Shown here: one piece after another, positions 51,883 through 61,364 of the stretch | How positions within the stretch are numbered: position 1 is the stretch's first letter | How the letters are laid out: every line of letters starts with the position of its first letter | From: an uncultured Bacilli bacterium | GTDB taxonomy: Bacteria > Bacillota_I > Bacilli_A > RF39 > UBA660 | Assembly (NCBI GenBank): GCA_934167485.1 | Contig: CAKPKL010000003.1 | Span: 7,153-71,152 of the forward strand | Direction of reading: 5' to 3' | DNA length: 64,000 nt | Notes under the pieces: model-generated | The model's database searches: none | Seen by the model: only the letters and a program-made list of their open reading frames with translations | What the model was told of the DNA's origin: nothing | Made by a program: the position numbers and the translations under genes

Positions 51883-53343
51883 TCATTTTAAATAATTAAT
51901 AGTGGCACTAGTAAATGGAGTATTACTGTCACCTACAGTTATTTTATCAAATTCTTCTTTAGTACCATTATAGTTCACTGTTGTAAGTCCTGTATTTTTA
52001 AACGCTTTAGCATCTATCGCTTTGACATTTGTAGAAAGAGTTATTTCTTTTAGTGTTGAAACTGCTATAAATAGGCTATATGGTATACGTTCTACTTCTT
52101 TACCCACTATTACAGAACTTAATCCAGTCCCTTTAAATACTGATCTTGAAGATGTTCCTTCTTGTGTTACCTTCCATCCAGGTTCACAATTTTTAGCATT
52201 ATAATATACTTTTTTTAATTTGTCACATTTCCAGAAAACATTCCATCCCATTGATTTAATATTCTCTGGGATTACTATTTCTTCAAAATTTAATGTTCCA
52301 AAATAATTATAAAATAAATAATGTGGTAGACTTTCTACGTTTTCCCCTATTACAACTTTCTCTATTGGATTCTTCCAAAATATTGAATATACAATACCTT
52401 TTTCTGTATCTCGATAACTAGAAGAATCAACAGATATTGCATTATAGTATAATTCTTTTAATTTAAAATTACATCCTACAGCAGATCTTCCTAAATATAT
52501 AACATTCTCTGGTATTGTTACACTTCTAAGTCCTCCATAACTTATTGATAAATTTCCCATATAAGTAAGTGTTTGAGGTAATATTACTCTTTCTAATGCA
52601 TACAATCCTTCAAATGCACAGTTATCTATTTTCTCTATTCCACTAGAAATTATTATCGTTTTTATCGTTTCATTGAAATTTATAAGATCACTTGCATCTT
52701 CAAGTGTATCAAACGTACCTAAAACAGTATAAACCTTATGTTCTTCACTTATCTTACTTGTATCTACATTTGGTACTCCTACTGCATATACCTCATAATC
52801 ATTTACTTTTCCTGGTACCATAAGCACCGTATCATTACCTGTATACTCTATTAACTGTATTTTGCCTGTTTCTAATACTATATATTTCCAATCTCCTACT
52901 TTGTATACTGTTGTTCCATTTTCTTCTATTGTTTCTTCTGTACCTGTTATACTGTACTCTATATCCTCATTTTCTTTTAATTTATATTTTTTATTATTTG
53001 CATATATATACTTTACTCCATCTAATGTAAGTTTATATGATTCCACTCCATTATCTCCAAATACTATAAAATCATCATATCCTGTTGGTGTTTTTCCTTT
53101 TATACCTATTCCTATTTCTTTTAACTCATCTAGTGAATAACTATTGTTTGCAACATCACCATTCATTTCTTTTTTTGATATTGTTAATTCAGCTGCTCTT
53201 ACATAATTATTTATACTTTGTTCATTACTTGAATTTTTACTATCCTTTATTATATCTAATACTATTGGAGTAGCTATAAGTGCGATTATTGCGAGTATTA
53301 CAATTACCGCTAAAAGCTCTATTAATGTAAATCCTTTTTTCAT
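51883..53343 (-). CDS. type IV pilin-like protein fused to a leucine-rich-repeat (BspA-type LRR) adhesin-like domain; could be extended to 53426 as a leader fusion if the G tract becomes 12
   Basis: MKKGFTLIELLAVIVILAIIALIATPIVLDII start (annotated ORF begins 21 nt upstream at MNRKRKN). C-terminal 250 aa show repeating ...I.E.VISIG..AF..C..L..V.. units typical of TpLRR/BspA repeats. Confidence 0.7.
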   Translation of the reverse strand: MKKGFTLIELLAVIVILAIIALIATPIVLDIIKDSKNSSNEQSINNYVRAAELTISKKEMNGDVANNSYSLDELKEIGIGIKGKTPTGYDDFIVFGDNGVESYKLTLDGVKYIYANNKKYKLKENEDIEYSITGTEETIEENGTTVYKVGDWKYIVLETGKIQLIEYTGNDTVLMVPGKVNDYEVYAVGVPNVDTSKISEEHKVYTVLGTFDTLEDASDLINFNETIKTIIISSGIEKIDNCAFEGLYALERVILPQTLTYMGNLSISYGGLRSVTIPENVIYLGRSAVGCNFKLKELYYNAISVDSSSYRDTEKGIVYSIFWKNPIEKVVIGENVESLPHYLFYNYFGTLNFEEIVIPENIKSMGWNVFWKCDKLKKVYYNAKNCEPGWKVTQEGTSSRSVFKGTGLSSVIVGKEVERIPYSLFIAVSTLKEITLSTNVKAIDAKAFKNTGLTTVNYNGTKEEFDKITVGDSNTPFTSATINYLK

Positions 53344-53396
53344 ATTTTTCCTCTTTCTATTCATACTTCCGAGTAAGGTTATTGTATAACTAGATA

Positions 53397-53407
53397 CCCC
53401 CCCCCCC
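53397..53407 (-). repeat. homopolymeric poly-G tract (11 nt) in a leader ORF (ATG 53426) upstream of the pilin-LRR gene
   Basis: C11 on +. Flank aaaaataacacct[G11]tatcta. ATG AAT AAA AAT AAC ACC TGG-G11 (MNKNNTWGGG). Confidence 0.8.
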
Positions 53408-53460
53408 AGGTGTTATTTTTATTCATATTTTTTACCTACTTTCTTATACTAACTATCCTA

Positions 53461-53489
53461 ATTATATAAAAAGATTGAACTATTGTCAA
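53461..53489 (-). promoter_or_regulatory. consensus promoter TTGACA-17-TATAAT for the leader and pilin-LRR transcript
   Basis: Minus strand ttgacaatagttcaatctttttatataat, then RBS aaGtAGGt and ATG at 53426. Confidence 0.55.
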
Positions 53490-53501
53490 TCTAAAAAAAT
53501 A

Positions 53502-54668
53502 TTACCTAACCTTAATTTTTTCATTTTTTGTCTCTATATGAATTCTTTGAATAATTCCCAATGATGCGATTAAAGATAGTGTAAAACTTCCACCATAAGA
53601 TAAAAATGGTAATGGTACTCCAGTTAGAGGAATAATCCCAAAAAGTCCACCTAAATTTATAAAAATATGTAAGAATATGTAAGTAGCAACCCCTATACAT
53701 ATATATTTATTACTTATCTTTTTTGTTTTCATAGATAATTTTAATATTCTATATAATATTATTATGTATGCGATAAATATTAAACTACATATTAGTACTC
53801 CATTTTCTTCTGCGATGATTGCAAAAACCATATCAGTATGAGGTTCAGGTATATATGAATATTTTTGTGTACTTTTACCAAGCCCAACACCAGTAAGACC
53901 CCCATTATTTATAGCTATATATGCATTACATACCTGATATCCAGTTGATTCATATTTCGAACATGGATTAAAAAAATCAAATCTAGAAAGTTGAGCTTTT
54001 GATAAAACATATCCTGCAAAATTCAACATGGACAAAAGTCCTATTACACCTATAACTCCAACTATTAAGGTTGATTTAAATTTTTCCCCACTAGATATAG
54101 GACTTGAAAAGAATAAAACTACAAATATACCTAAAAGTATAATAGCTGTTCCTAAATCCTTTTGTAAAAAAACTATCACTGGAAAAATAACACCAAAACC
54201 AATTATTTTCCAAATTATCATATCATGTTTTTCTTTCATATCAGATAATTTTTTTGAATATTTTTCAAACAATAAGCTTAGTGTAAGTATTATTGTAGGT
54301 TTAGCAAATTCACTAGGTTGGACTTTCATAAATTTTAAATCAATCCAGTTTTGAGCACCTCTAGTGGAAACACCTTTTAATACTAAATACAAATTCATAC
54401 TTAGTACTACTACATATACAATAAGCATCCAATATTTATAATCTTTTGTTTCTACTTTAAATATTAATATTAAAAAAGCAATTAAACTTATAAATAATAT
54501 TACTGAATGTTTAAAAAAATAATAAAATAAATTAGCATCCCTATTAACTACAGCTTCTCTGCTAGATGCAGTAACTATATTTAAAGTACCGAATATAATT
54601 AATATAAGTGTTGTAAATAATAATATTTTATCCATATCAGCAAAAGTTTTCTTTATTTTTTTAAACAT
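53502..54668 (-). CDS. FtsW/RodA/SpoVE-family peptidoglycan glycosyltransferase (SEDS)
   Basis: 10-TM protein. C-terminal GGSFTLSLIASLGIIQRI and NGGLTGVGLGKS motifs typical of SEDS proteins. Confidence 0.8.
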   Translation of the reverse strand: MFKKIKKTFADMDKILLFTTLILIIFGTLNIVTASSREAVVNRDANLFYYFFKHSVILFISLIAFLILIFKVETKDYKYWMLIVYVVVLSMNLYLVLKGVSTRGAQNWIDLKFMKVQPSEFAKPTIILTLSLLFEKYSKKLSDMKEKHDMIIWKIIGFGVIFPVIVFLQKDLGTAIILLGIFVVLFFSSPISSGEKFKSTLIVGVIGVIGLLSMLNFAGYVLSKAQLSRFDFFNPCSKYESTGYQVCNAYIAINNGGLTGVGLGKSTQKYSYIPEPHTDMVFAIIAEENGVLICSLIFIAYIIILYRILKLSMKTKKISNKYICIGVATYIFLHIFINLGGLFGIIPLTGVPLPFLSYGGSFTLSLIASLGIIQRIHIETKNEKIKVR

Positions 54669-54796
54669 ATTATTTACTCACCTACCTTATATATTAATTT
54701 TAACATATATTATAAAATTTAACAATAACTAGGTATTTTTAATTATCAAGATGAATGTAAAATAATATGATATATTGACTAGATTGGAGGGTTATT

Positions 54797-54964
54797 ATGT
54801 ATTACTATGGTGGATATCAAGGATACGGTGGATATCCTTATGGTGGATGTGGAAATACCTGTGGCGGAGGTTACGGTACAGGATATGGAGCAGCTATCAT
54901 ATTAGTTTTATTTATTCTTTTAGTTATTGTAATTGGTGCTCGTGCTTTTGATGGCAATAGATAA
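54797..54964 (+). CDS. small Gly/Tyr-rich membrane peptide, YjcZ-family-like sporulation protein (55 aa)
   Basis: MYYYGGYQGYGGYPYGGCGNTCGGGYGTGYGAAIILVLFILLVIVIGARAFDGNR. RBS ttGGAGGgttattATG. Not in the ORF track (under 60 aa). Confidence 0.5.
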   Translation: MYYYGGYQGYGGYPYGGCGNTCGGGYGTGYGAAIILVLFILLVIVIGARAFDGNR

Positions 54965-55089
54965 ATCTTCTAAATAATTAAAAATCTCTAGTTTTCTAGG
55001 GATTTTTTGTAATTATTTACTAATATTTCAAAGTTATTATATTTTATTAATCTAGTTTTTATGATATAATACTACTTGGAAGTGATTTT

Positions 55090-55638
55090 ATGTTTAAAAA
55101 ATTAAATATATTAGATGAAAAAGACCCACATTTAAGAAAATCTAGTGTGGATGCTAAACTACCTTTATCTAAGGAATATAAAACTTTAATAAAACAAATA
55201 ATAAAAGAATTAACATATAGTCAAATAGAAGAATATGAAAAGAAATATGAATTAAGACCTGGTATGGGACTTGCCTTTAATCAACTTGGTATTAATGAAA
55301 AAGTAATTGTTATTGTTTATGAAAACAAAGATGGAATATTTGAAGAATATGTAGTTGTTAATCCAAAAATAATAAGTTATTCTGATGAAATGATTGCTGC
55401 TGAAGCTGGTGAAGGATGTCTAAGTGTTAACCGTGAGGTACCAGGACATGTTAAACGTCATGCTAGAGTTACTGTTGAAGGATTTGATGTAGATGGTAAT
55501 CCTATTAAAATAAGAGCAAGAGAAGATCTTTCTATAGCTTTTCAACATGAAATAGATCATTTAAACGGTATTTTATTTTATGATAGAATTGATAAGAATA
55601 AACCTTTTTATACTGAAGATGAATTAAGATTAATATAG
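55090..55638 (+). CDS. def: peptide deformylase
   Basis: Motifs GLAFNQLG, EGCLSV, HEIDHLNG. Confidence 0.85.
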   Translation: MFKKLNILDEKDPHLRKSSVDAKLPLSKEYKTLIKQIIKELTYSQIEEYEKKYELRPGMGLAFNQLGINEKVIVIVYENKDGIFEEYVVVNPKIISYSDEMIAAEAGEGCLSVNREVPGHVKRHARVTVEGFDVDGNPIKIRAREDLSIAFQHEIDHLNGILFYDRIDKNKPFYTEDELRLI

Positions 55639-55739
55639 GAGGTATTTATGAAGGGTGCGCTTAAATACATTGCTTTATTTTTAGTAGCTTGTATACTTTC
55701 AATAATAATTTATTATAGTATATAAAAACAAAACTTTAA

Positions 55740-56969
55740 TTAGTTTTGTTTTTTATATCTTATTTTTAAATATTTATTATATAAGAAATATAGTAATTTA
55801 TTATTTACATAATCAAATTCACCTATAAATTCTTTTAACTCTCCACCAAGTCTTTGTTTAAATAAATGAATACCATATATTGGATTATCCTGAGTAGGAG
55901 CTCCCGTTGTACCAAAGAAATCTATTACTTTATATCCAGATTCATTAGCATCTTTTATTATTTCATAGTACAATAAATAATTAGCATTTAACCATCTTAA
56001 TTTATTATGATTACCACCGTGTACTGTCCATACCATATCTTTATATTTAGCAGTTATTATAGATGATAGTACTAATTCTTTTTCATTTATATCATTAATT
56101 TCTACCAATTCTTTATTAAGTTTACTTAGTTTATTTTGTAAATCTTTTATTAAATTTTGACTTTTTGATACATTTTTATTTTGTACATTTTCTAATTTTT
56201 CTATTTGTGATTTAATATCACTTATCAAATTATTATATGTATCTTTTAATTCATTTATATTTACTTTTAAAACATATATATCACTCATGTTATGGTTATT
56301 AAATATTTTATAAAATTCTTCATAATATGATTTTTTACAAGGAGATATGTGTTCTCTAATACCAGTTTCTACCATTGTTGTATAAAATGCATCTATATCT
56401 TTTATATCTCCTTTATACATATTTAAATTATATTGATTACCTTTATTTAATATTTTTCTTGTTGTTGGATGAAATGAAGCATAAACATCTTTTATATTTT
56501 TATCAATATCTAATCTAAATGTATATCTTGGTTGATTATGCTCAAAGTTCTTATTAAAGCCTTTATGTTTAAATCCATTTCTTTGTAATTCATCTATTAC
56601 ATAAGCATATTTATCTATTTCTAGATCTGGATCCATTCTAAAAAATATATCATGATTTTTTTTAGTATATTCTTTTAAATAATTACAAAAAGTAGTTATT
56701 AATTTCTTATCACTATAATCTAGTATAAATCCTCTTGGACAATACATATAGCCAATATTATTTAATATTTTCTTCTCTAAAACTAAAGCACTTGCTACAA
56801 GCTTTTTACCCTTTCTTAAACCTACATAATGAGGAATAAACTCTTTTGATTTTTGGATTTGTCCAAAATAATAACTTTGCATAAAATGTGATTTATTACT
56901 ATTAAGTACAAAGTCCTCATATTCTTTTTTATCAATATCTTCTACAAATTCATACATATTATTCACCAT
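55740..56969 (-). CDS. FemAB-family peptidoglycan interpeptide-bridge aminoacyltransferase
   Basis: N-terminal FemAB acyltransferase fold (HFMQSYYFGQIQKSK...). Central coiled-coil insertion (QNKNVSKSQNLIKDLQNKLSKLNKELVEIN). About 409 aa. Confidence 0.7.
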   Translation of the reverse strand: MVNNMYEFVEDIDKKEYEDFVLNSNKSHFMQSYYFGQIQKSKEFIPHYVGLRKGKKLVASALVLEKKILNNIGYMYCPRGFILDYSDKKLITTFCNYLKEYTKKNHDIFFRMDPDLEIDKYAYVIDELQRNGFKHKGFNKNFEHNQPRYTFRLDIDKNIKDVYASFHPTTRKILNKGNQYNLNMYKGDIKDIDAFYTTMVETGIREHISPCKKSYYEEFYKIFNNHNMSDIYVLKVNINELKDTYNNLISDIKSQIEKLENVQNKNVSKSQNLIKDLQNKLSKLNKELVEINDINEKELVLSSIITAKYKDMVWTVHGGNHNKLRWLNANYLLYYEIIKDANESGYKVIDFFGTTGAPTQDNPIYGIHLFKQRLGGELKEFIGEFDYVNNKLLYFLYNKYLKIRYKKQN

Positions 56970-57012
56970 ATTTATTATACACCCTTTTACTCTATTTAAA
57001 TCTTTTTTTATA

Positions 57013-57732
57013 TTAATTTACATGTTCTAATGAATCCCATTTAAAGAATCCTAGTATTCCATACCTATTTCCTACTACATAAGGATAATCAGTACCTTCT
57101 TTTATATCAATAACATATCTTATCCAACCGCTTGCTAAATCATAAACATTATCACTTTCTATACTAGTAGCTGAATATTTTCCTATTATTTTAACTTTAT
57201 CGCCAATATTATACTTAATTTCCTTTAATTTATATTTAGCAATCAAAGTGGTATCTGAATTAAGTTCTTCAAAGTTATATTTACTATCGTTTTTGTACCA
57301 CCCCAAAAACTCATAACCATCTCTTTCTAATTTAGGAAGATCATTTACTATAGTCCCTTTTAATATTTTAGTTTTTTCAATTTTATCATCGTAATCTTTA
57401 AAAGTTATCTCTATATACTCATTTTTTGCCCATTTAGCAGTCAGTTCTATATCTCTTGTTACTTCACTATCAAAATTATACTTTATACCATCTAATTGCC
57501 ATTCTACAAATACATATCCATCTTTTATTGGTGGTTTAGGTTCATTTACTTTAGAATTTTTACTTACATATTTATCTATTAATACCTCATCTGTCCCTGT
57601 TTCAAAAGAGACTGTATATTTATCTTTATCATATAAAAACACTATTATAATTGAAGCTATAAATAAAACTATAATTGAAATAATAATTATTAGTCTTTTT
57701 CTTTCCATAATATCACCAAACCCGATTAACAT
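57013..57732 (-). CDS. membrane-anchored protein with Listeria-Bacteroides (Flg_new-type) repeats
   Basis: N-terminal TM. Two GY.F.GW-type repeats (GYVFVEWQLDGIKYNF; GYEFLGWYKNDSKYNF). Confidence 0.45.
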   Translation of the reverse strand: MLIGFGDIMERKRLIIIISIIVLFIASIIIVFLYDKDKYTVSFETGTDEVLIDKYVSKNSKVNEPKPPIKDGYVFVEWQLDGIKYNFDSEVTRDIELTAKWAKNEYIEITFKDYDDKIEKTKILKGTIVNDLPKLERDGYEFLGWYKNDSKYNFEELNSDTTLIAKYKLKEIKYNIGDKVKIIGKYSATSIESDNVYDLASGWIRYVIDIKEGTDYPYVVGNRYGILGFFKWDSLEHVN

Positions 57733-57780
57733 TATATCATTTTTATAGAATTAAAGTCAAATACTTGAGTATATTGTAAT

Positions 57781-58701
57781 ATGAAAAAACTATTTAATAT
57801 ACTTATATTTTTTATTATTATCTTTTTGATACTTAAAAACTCTATAGAAATAATAGAAAGTATTAAGTTTTCCTTTAATATATGTGCTAATAATTTATTT
57901 CCATGCCTTATACCATTTATGATAATATCAAATATTTTAATAAATTATAATTTTGTTCAAGATATTAGTGATATTTTAAGTAATATAACAACTAAAATAT
58001 TTAAAGTAAATAAAAGTTGTGCTTTCGCACTTATTATGAGTATGATAAGTGGTACACCTAGTAATAGTAAATATTTAAAAGACTTATTTAATAATGGATT
58101 AATTAATGAATATGATATAAGTAAATGTTTATGCTTTTGTCATTTTACTAATCCTATTTTTATATTAGGAACTATTGGTTATAGTTTTCTTGGTAATAAA
58201 AGAATTGGACTTATAATTTTAATTAGTCATTATTTAGGTAACTTTATATCAGGTATATTAAATAGAAATAAAAAATATAAAATTATAAATTTAGAACACA
58301 AATCTAATCTAAATAAAAAAGTATTTATAAATGTGTTAAATGAATCTATTAAGTCTACTATAGATACTTTATTACTTATAATGGGTATTATAACTTCTTG
58401 TCTTATTATTACTGGTTTAATTAATAGTATTTTTAAAATAAATAACGATTATAAATTTATCTTTGGAATACTTGAAATTACTCAAGGACTAAAATATTTA
58501 TCTTTATCAAATATTAATATAACTCTTAAAATAGTTATTTCTACTTTTTTTATTACTTTTGGAGGATTCTGTATACATCTACAAATATTTAGTATATTAG
58601 ATAATAATAAAATAAGGTATTTACCTTATTTTATAAATAGAATTTTTACTGGTATTTTATCTTCTTTTATATCTTTAATTTTATTTAAGTTGTTCCTTTA
58701 A
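57781..58701 (+). CDS. integral membrane protein (possibly YlbJ/nucleoside-recognition-like sporulation membrane protein)
   Basis: 306 aa, multi-TM, weak family resemblance only. Confidence 0.35.
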   Translation: MKKLFNILIFFIIIFLILKNSIEIIESIKFSFNICANNLFPCLIPFMIISNILINYNFVQDISDILSNITTKIFKVNKSCAFALIMSMISGTPSNSKYLKDLFNNGLINEYDISKCLCFCHFTNPIFILGTIGYSFLGNKRIGLIILISHYLGNFISGILNRNKKYKIINLEHKSNLNKKVFINVLNESIKSTIDTLLLIMGIITSCLIITGLINSIFKINNDYKFIFGILEITQGLKYLSLSNINITLKIVISTFFITFGGFCIHLQIFSILDNNKIRYLPYFINRIFTGILSSFISLILFKLFL

Positions 58702-59179
58702 TAAAATAAACTAAATTAATTCCAAAATCTTCATTAGGATAAAGTTTATTTTTTATAGGTATTTTTATTACCATAAATCTATCATTAGATGTATTTATAT
58801 CTAAATATTCATCATATATTGAAGGGTTTGATACTTTAGATCCTTCTTTTAATGAATAAGTATAATTTCCAAATTTTATTTTTTTCTCTTCTACTAATAA
58901 CTTTATAACCTCTCCATTAACAAAAGTAAAATTATAACATAATAACCCTTCAGAACAAGCTTCATGATCTACCATGTTATCCCTATTAATTTTTGAATTT
59001 AATGCATTACTTAAATTACCTTGATTTATAAGTAAATTAGTTTTTATATTATTTTTAGTATAAGTATTTTTTAAAATGACAACAATATTAATAAGTAGTA
59101 TTATAATTACACAAGATAAAGCACATGTTGTAACGAGTTCTATTAAAGTAAAACCTCTTTTATTCATTTTATTCACCAA
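58685..59179 (-). CDS. minor pilin / pseudopilin-like protein
   Basis: MNKRGFTLIELVTT class III signal followed by a hydrophobic helix. 164 aa. 11-nt overlap with the upstream pilin gene. Confidence 0.55.
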   Translation of the reverse strand: MVNKMNKRGFTLIELVTTCALSCVIIILLINIVVILKNTYTKNNIKTNLLINQGNLSNALNSKINRDNMVDHEACSEGLLCYNFTFVNGEVIKLLVEEKKIKFGNYTYSLKEGSKVSNPSIYDEYLDINTSNDRFMVIKIPIKNKLYPNEDFGINLVYFIKGTT

Positions 59180-59648
59180 ACCTTACAGTAGCATAAACAG
59201 AATTTTCAAATTTAGCAATCAATCTATATTTCTGTGTACCTTCTTTTTTTATTTTTGATATAAAGTTTTTAAATTCATCATCATAAGTAACTATTTTATC
59301 TTTATCAAATTTATTTGTAGCAATTATTATTTCACTAATACCTTCTAACTCTAATAGTTTCTGGCAACGTATTTCACTTGTAAACATATCACAACTCTTT
59401 AAATTTACATAATTAGTACTTGTTACATTATTATTTATAAAATCTAATGCTTTTGAATCATCTAAAATATAATTTTTTACTGTATTTAAAGCATACATAG
59501 CCTCAACTGTATTATATTTATAGTTTTCATTATATCCATTACTTAAATTTATAAATTGTATTGTTGTAAATAGGAGAATACCTGCTACAAATGTAGTTAC
59601 AACTAGTGTCTCTGCCAACATAAAACCTTTATTCTTATTTTTTTTCAT
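59169..59648 (-). CDS. minor pilin / pseudopilin-like protein
   Basis: MKKNKNKGFMLAETLVVTTFVAGILLF N-terminus (G-F-x-x-x-E). 159 aa. Confidence 0.55.
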   Translation of the reverse strand: MKKNKNKGFMLAETLVVTTFVAGILLFTTIQFINLSNGYNENYKYNTVEAMYALNTVKNYILDDSKALDFINNNVTSTNYVNLKSCDMFTSEIRCQKLLELEGISEIIIATNKFDKDKIVTYDDEFKNFISKIKKEGTQKYRLIAKFENSVYATVRFGE

Positions 59649-59743
59649 AAATATCCCTACTCTATCTTGAAATTATTACAACATTATTATATAATATATT
59701 TAGGATAAAATCTAGTCCTGAAAGTTATAAAAAGGGTGATAAA

Positions 59744-61336
59744 ATGTTAAAAACTTTTGATTTTGATAAAACTCCAGTAGTTGAAATAGTAAATGAAATA
59801 TTAGTAGATGCATCAAAAAGAGGTGCTTCAGATATTCACTTTGATCCACATGAGGATGCACTTAAAACTCGTATAAGAGTTGATGGTGAATTGATGGATT
59901 ATACAGAAATACCTAATTCTATCGCGAAAAACTTAGTAACGCGTATTAAAATTATTTCTGGTATGAATATTACTGAATCAAGATTACCTCAAGATGGTGC
60001 GATTAAGGCTAACTTAGAAGGTATTGATTTGGATCTTCGTGTGTCTGCTCTACCGACTAATAAAGGCGAGAAAATAGTTATTCGTATTCTTGATTATTCT
60101 CTAAGTTTAGCAGGACTTGAAAGTTTAGGATTCAGTGAAGAAAATTATAAAAAAGTATTAAAATTAATTTCTGTACCTAATGGTATACTTCTTGTAACTG
60201 GTGCGACTGGTTCAGGTAAATCTACTACTATTTATTCAATATTACAAAGACTAAATAAGGAAAATACAAATATTATATCTGTAGAGGACCCTATAGAAAT
60301 GGATATTGAGGGTGTTAACCAAATACAAACTAATAGTGAAATTGGACTTGACTTTGCTACAGTACTTAGATCTATTTTAAGACAAGACCCAAATATCATT
60401 ATGATAGGAGAAATTCGTGATACTGAAACAGCAAAAATTGCAGTTCGTGCTTCAATTACAGGACACTTAGTATTATCTACAATACATACAAACGACTCAT
60501 TAAATACAATTGAACGTTTACTTGATATGGAAGTTGAAAGATACTTACTTGCGAGTGCACTTACTGGTATCATATCTCAAAAATTAGCTAGAAAATTATG
60601 TCCACATTGTAGAAAGCTTAGACCCACAAATGATTATGAAAAAAATATAATAAAGAAAGTTCTTGGAAAAGAAGTTAATGAAATTTACACAGCAGTTGGT
60701 TGTGATAAATGTAAAAACGGTTACAATGGTCGTATCGCAATACACGAAGTACTTATGATTGATCAAAATATTAAGGATGCAATAAGTTCTAATGTTAAAA
60801 AAGAAAAACTAAGACATTTGGTTTATAATGGAGATGTTATTTCCCTATTACAAGATGGTATGATTAAAGTTCTAGATGGACTTACAACGCTTGAAGAACT
60901 ATTAAAGATTATTGAACTTGATGATGATGAAACATTACATTCAACAGGATTAGAAAATGCTATTGAAGTAAATGAATTAACTAAGGAAGGAAATAAACAA
61001 CAACCTGAAGAACAAAAACAAGAAATTCCAAAACCACAGACAGTTGTCGAAAAAACAATTAAAGAGATTCCAAAACAAGTTGCTGTAGAAAGACCAGTTC
61101 AAGTTGAAAATAAAAGTAATAATCAAGTTAATGTTGTACCTCCTAGACCTCAAATTATTAAAGAAGAACCTAAACCTGTACAACAAGTAAGACCTAATAT
61201 AAATAATGAACAAGTAATACAAAAAGAGGTTAAACCAATTGAAAAACCTATTGGGCAGCCAGAGCCTTCTAAACCACAGCCAAAACCAGAAGTAAAAAAA
61301 TCTATATTTGGTTCAAAAATAAGCCTATTCAAATAG
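59744..61336 (+). CDS. type IV pilus assembly ATPase (PilB/GspE/ComGA family) with a C-terminal Pro/Lys/Gln-rich extension
   Basis: Walker A GATGSGKSTT, Asp box, His box, tetracysteine CPHC...C..C. About 130 aa low-complexity tail (PKPQTVVEKTIKEIPKQVAVERPVQ...). Confidence 0.85.
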   Translation: MLKTFDFDKTPVVEIVNEILVDASKRGASDIHFDPHEDALKTRIRVDGELMDYTEIPNSIAKNLVTRIKIISGMNITESRLPQDGAIKANLEGIDLDLRVSALPTNKGEKIVIRILDYSLSLAGLESLGFSEENYKKVLKLISVPNGILLVTGATGSGKSTTIYSILQRLNKENTNIISVEDPIEMDIEGVNQIQTNSEIGLDFATVLRSILRQDPNIIMIGEIRDTETAKIAVRASITGHLVLSTIHTNDSLNTIERLLDMEVERYLLASALTGIISQKLARKLCPHCRKLRPTNDYEKNIIKKVLGKEVNEIYTAVGCDKCKNGYNGRIAIHEVLMIDQNIKDAISSNVKKEKLRHLVYNGDVISLLQDGMIKVLDGLTTLEELLKIIELDDDETLHSTGLENAIEVNELTKEGNKQQPEEQKQEIPKPQTVVEKTIKEIPKQVAVERPVQVENKSNNQVNVVPPRPQIIKEEPKPVQQVRPNINNEQVIQKEVKPIEKPIGQPEPSKPQPKPEVKKSIFGSKISLFK

Positions 61337-61364
61337 ACTTATTTTTTTATAAAAAAAACAATAT

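Noticed and set aside
55647-55724. 25-aa hydrophobic ORF (MKGALKYIALFLVACILSIIIYYSI) after def
   Set aside because: Weak RBS, very short, and no conservation evidence available from sequence alone.
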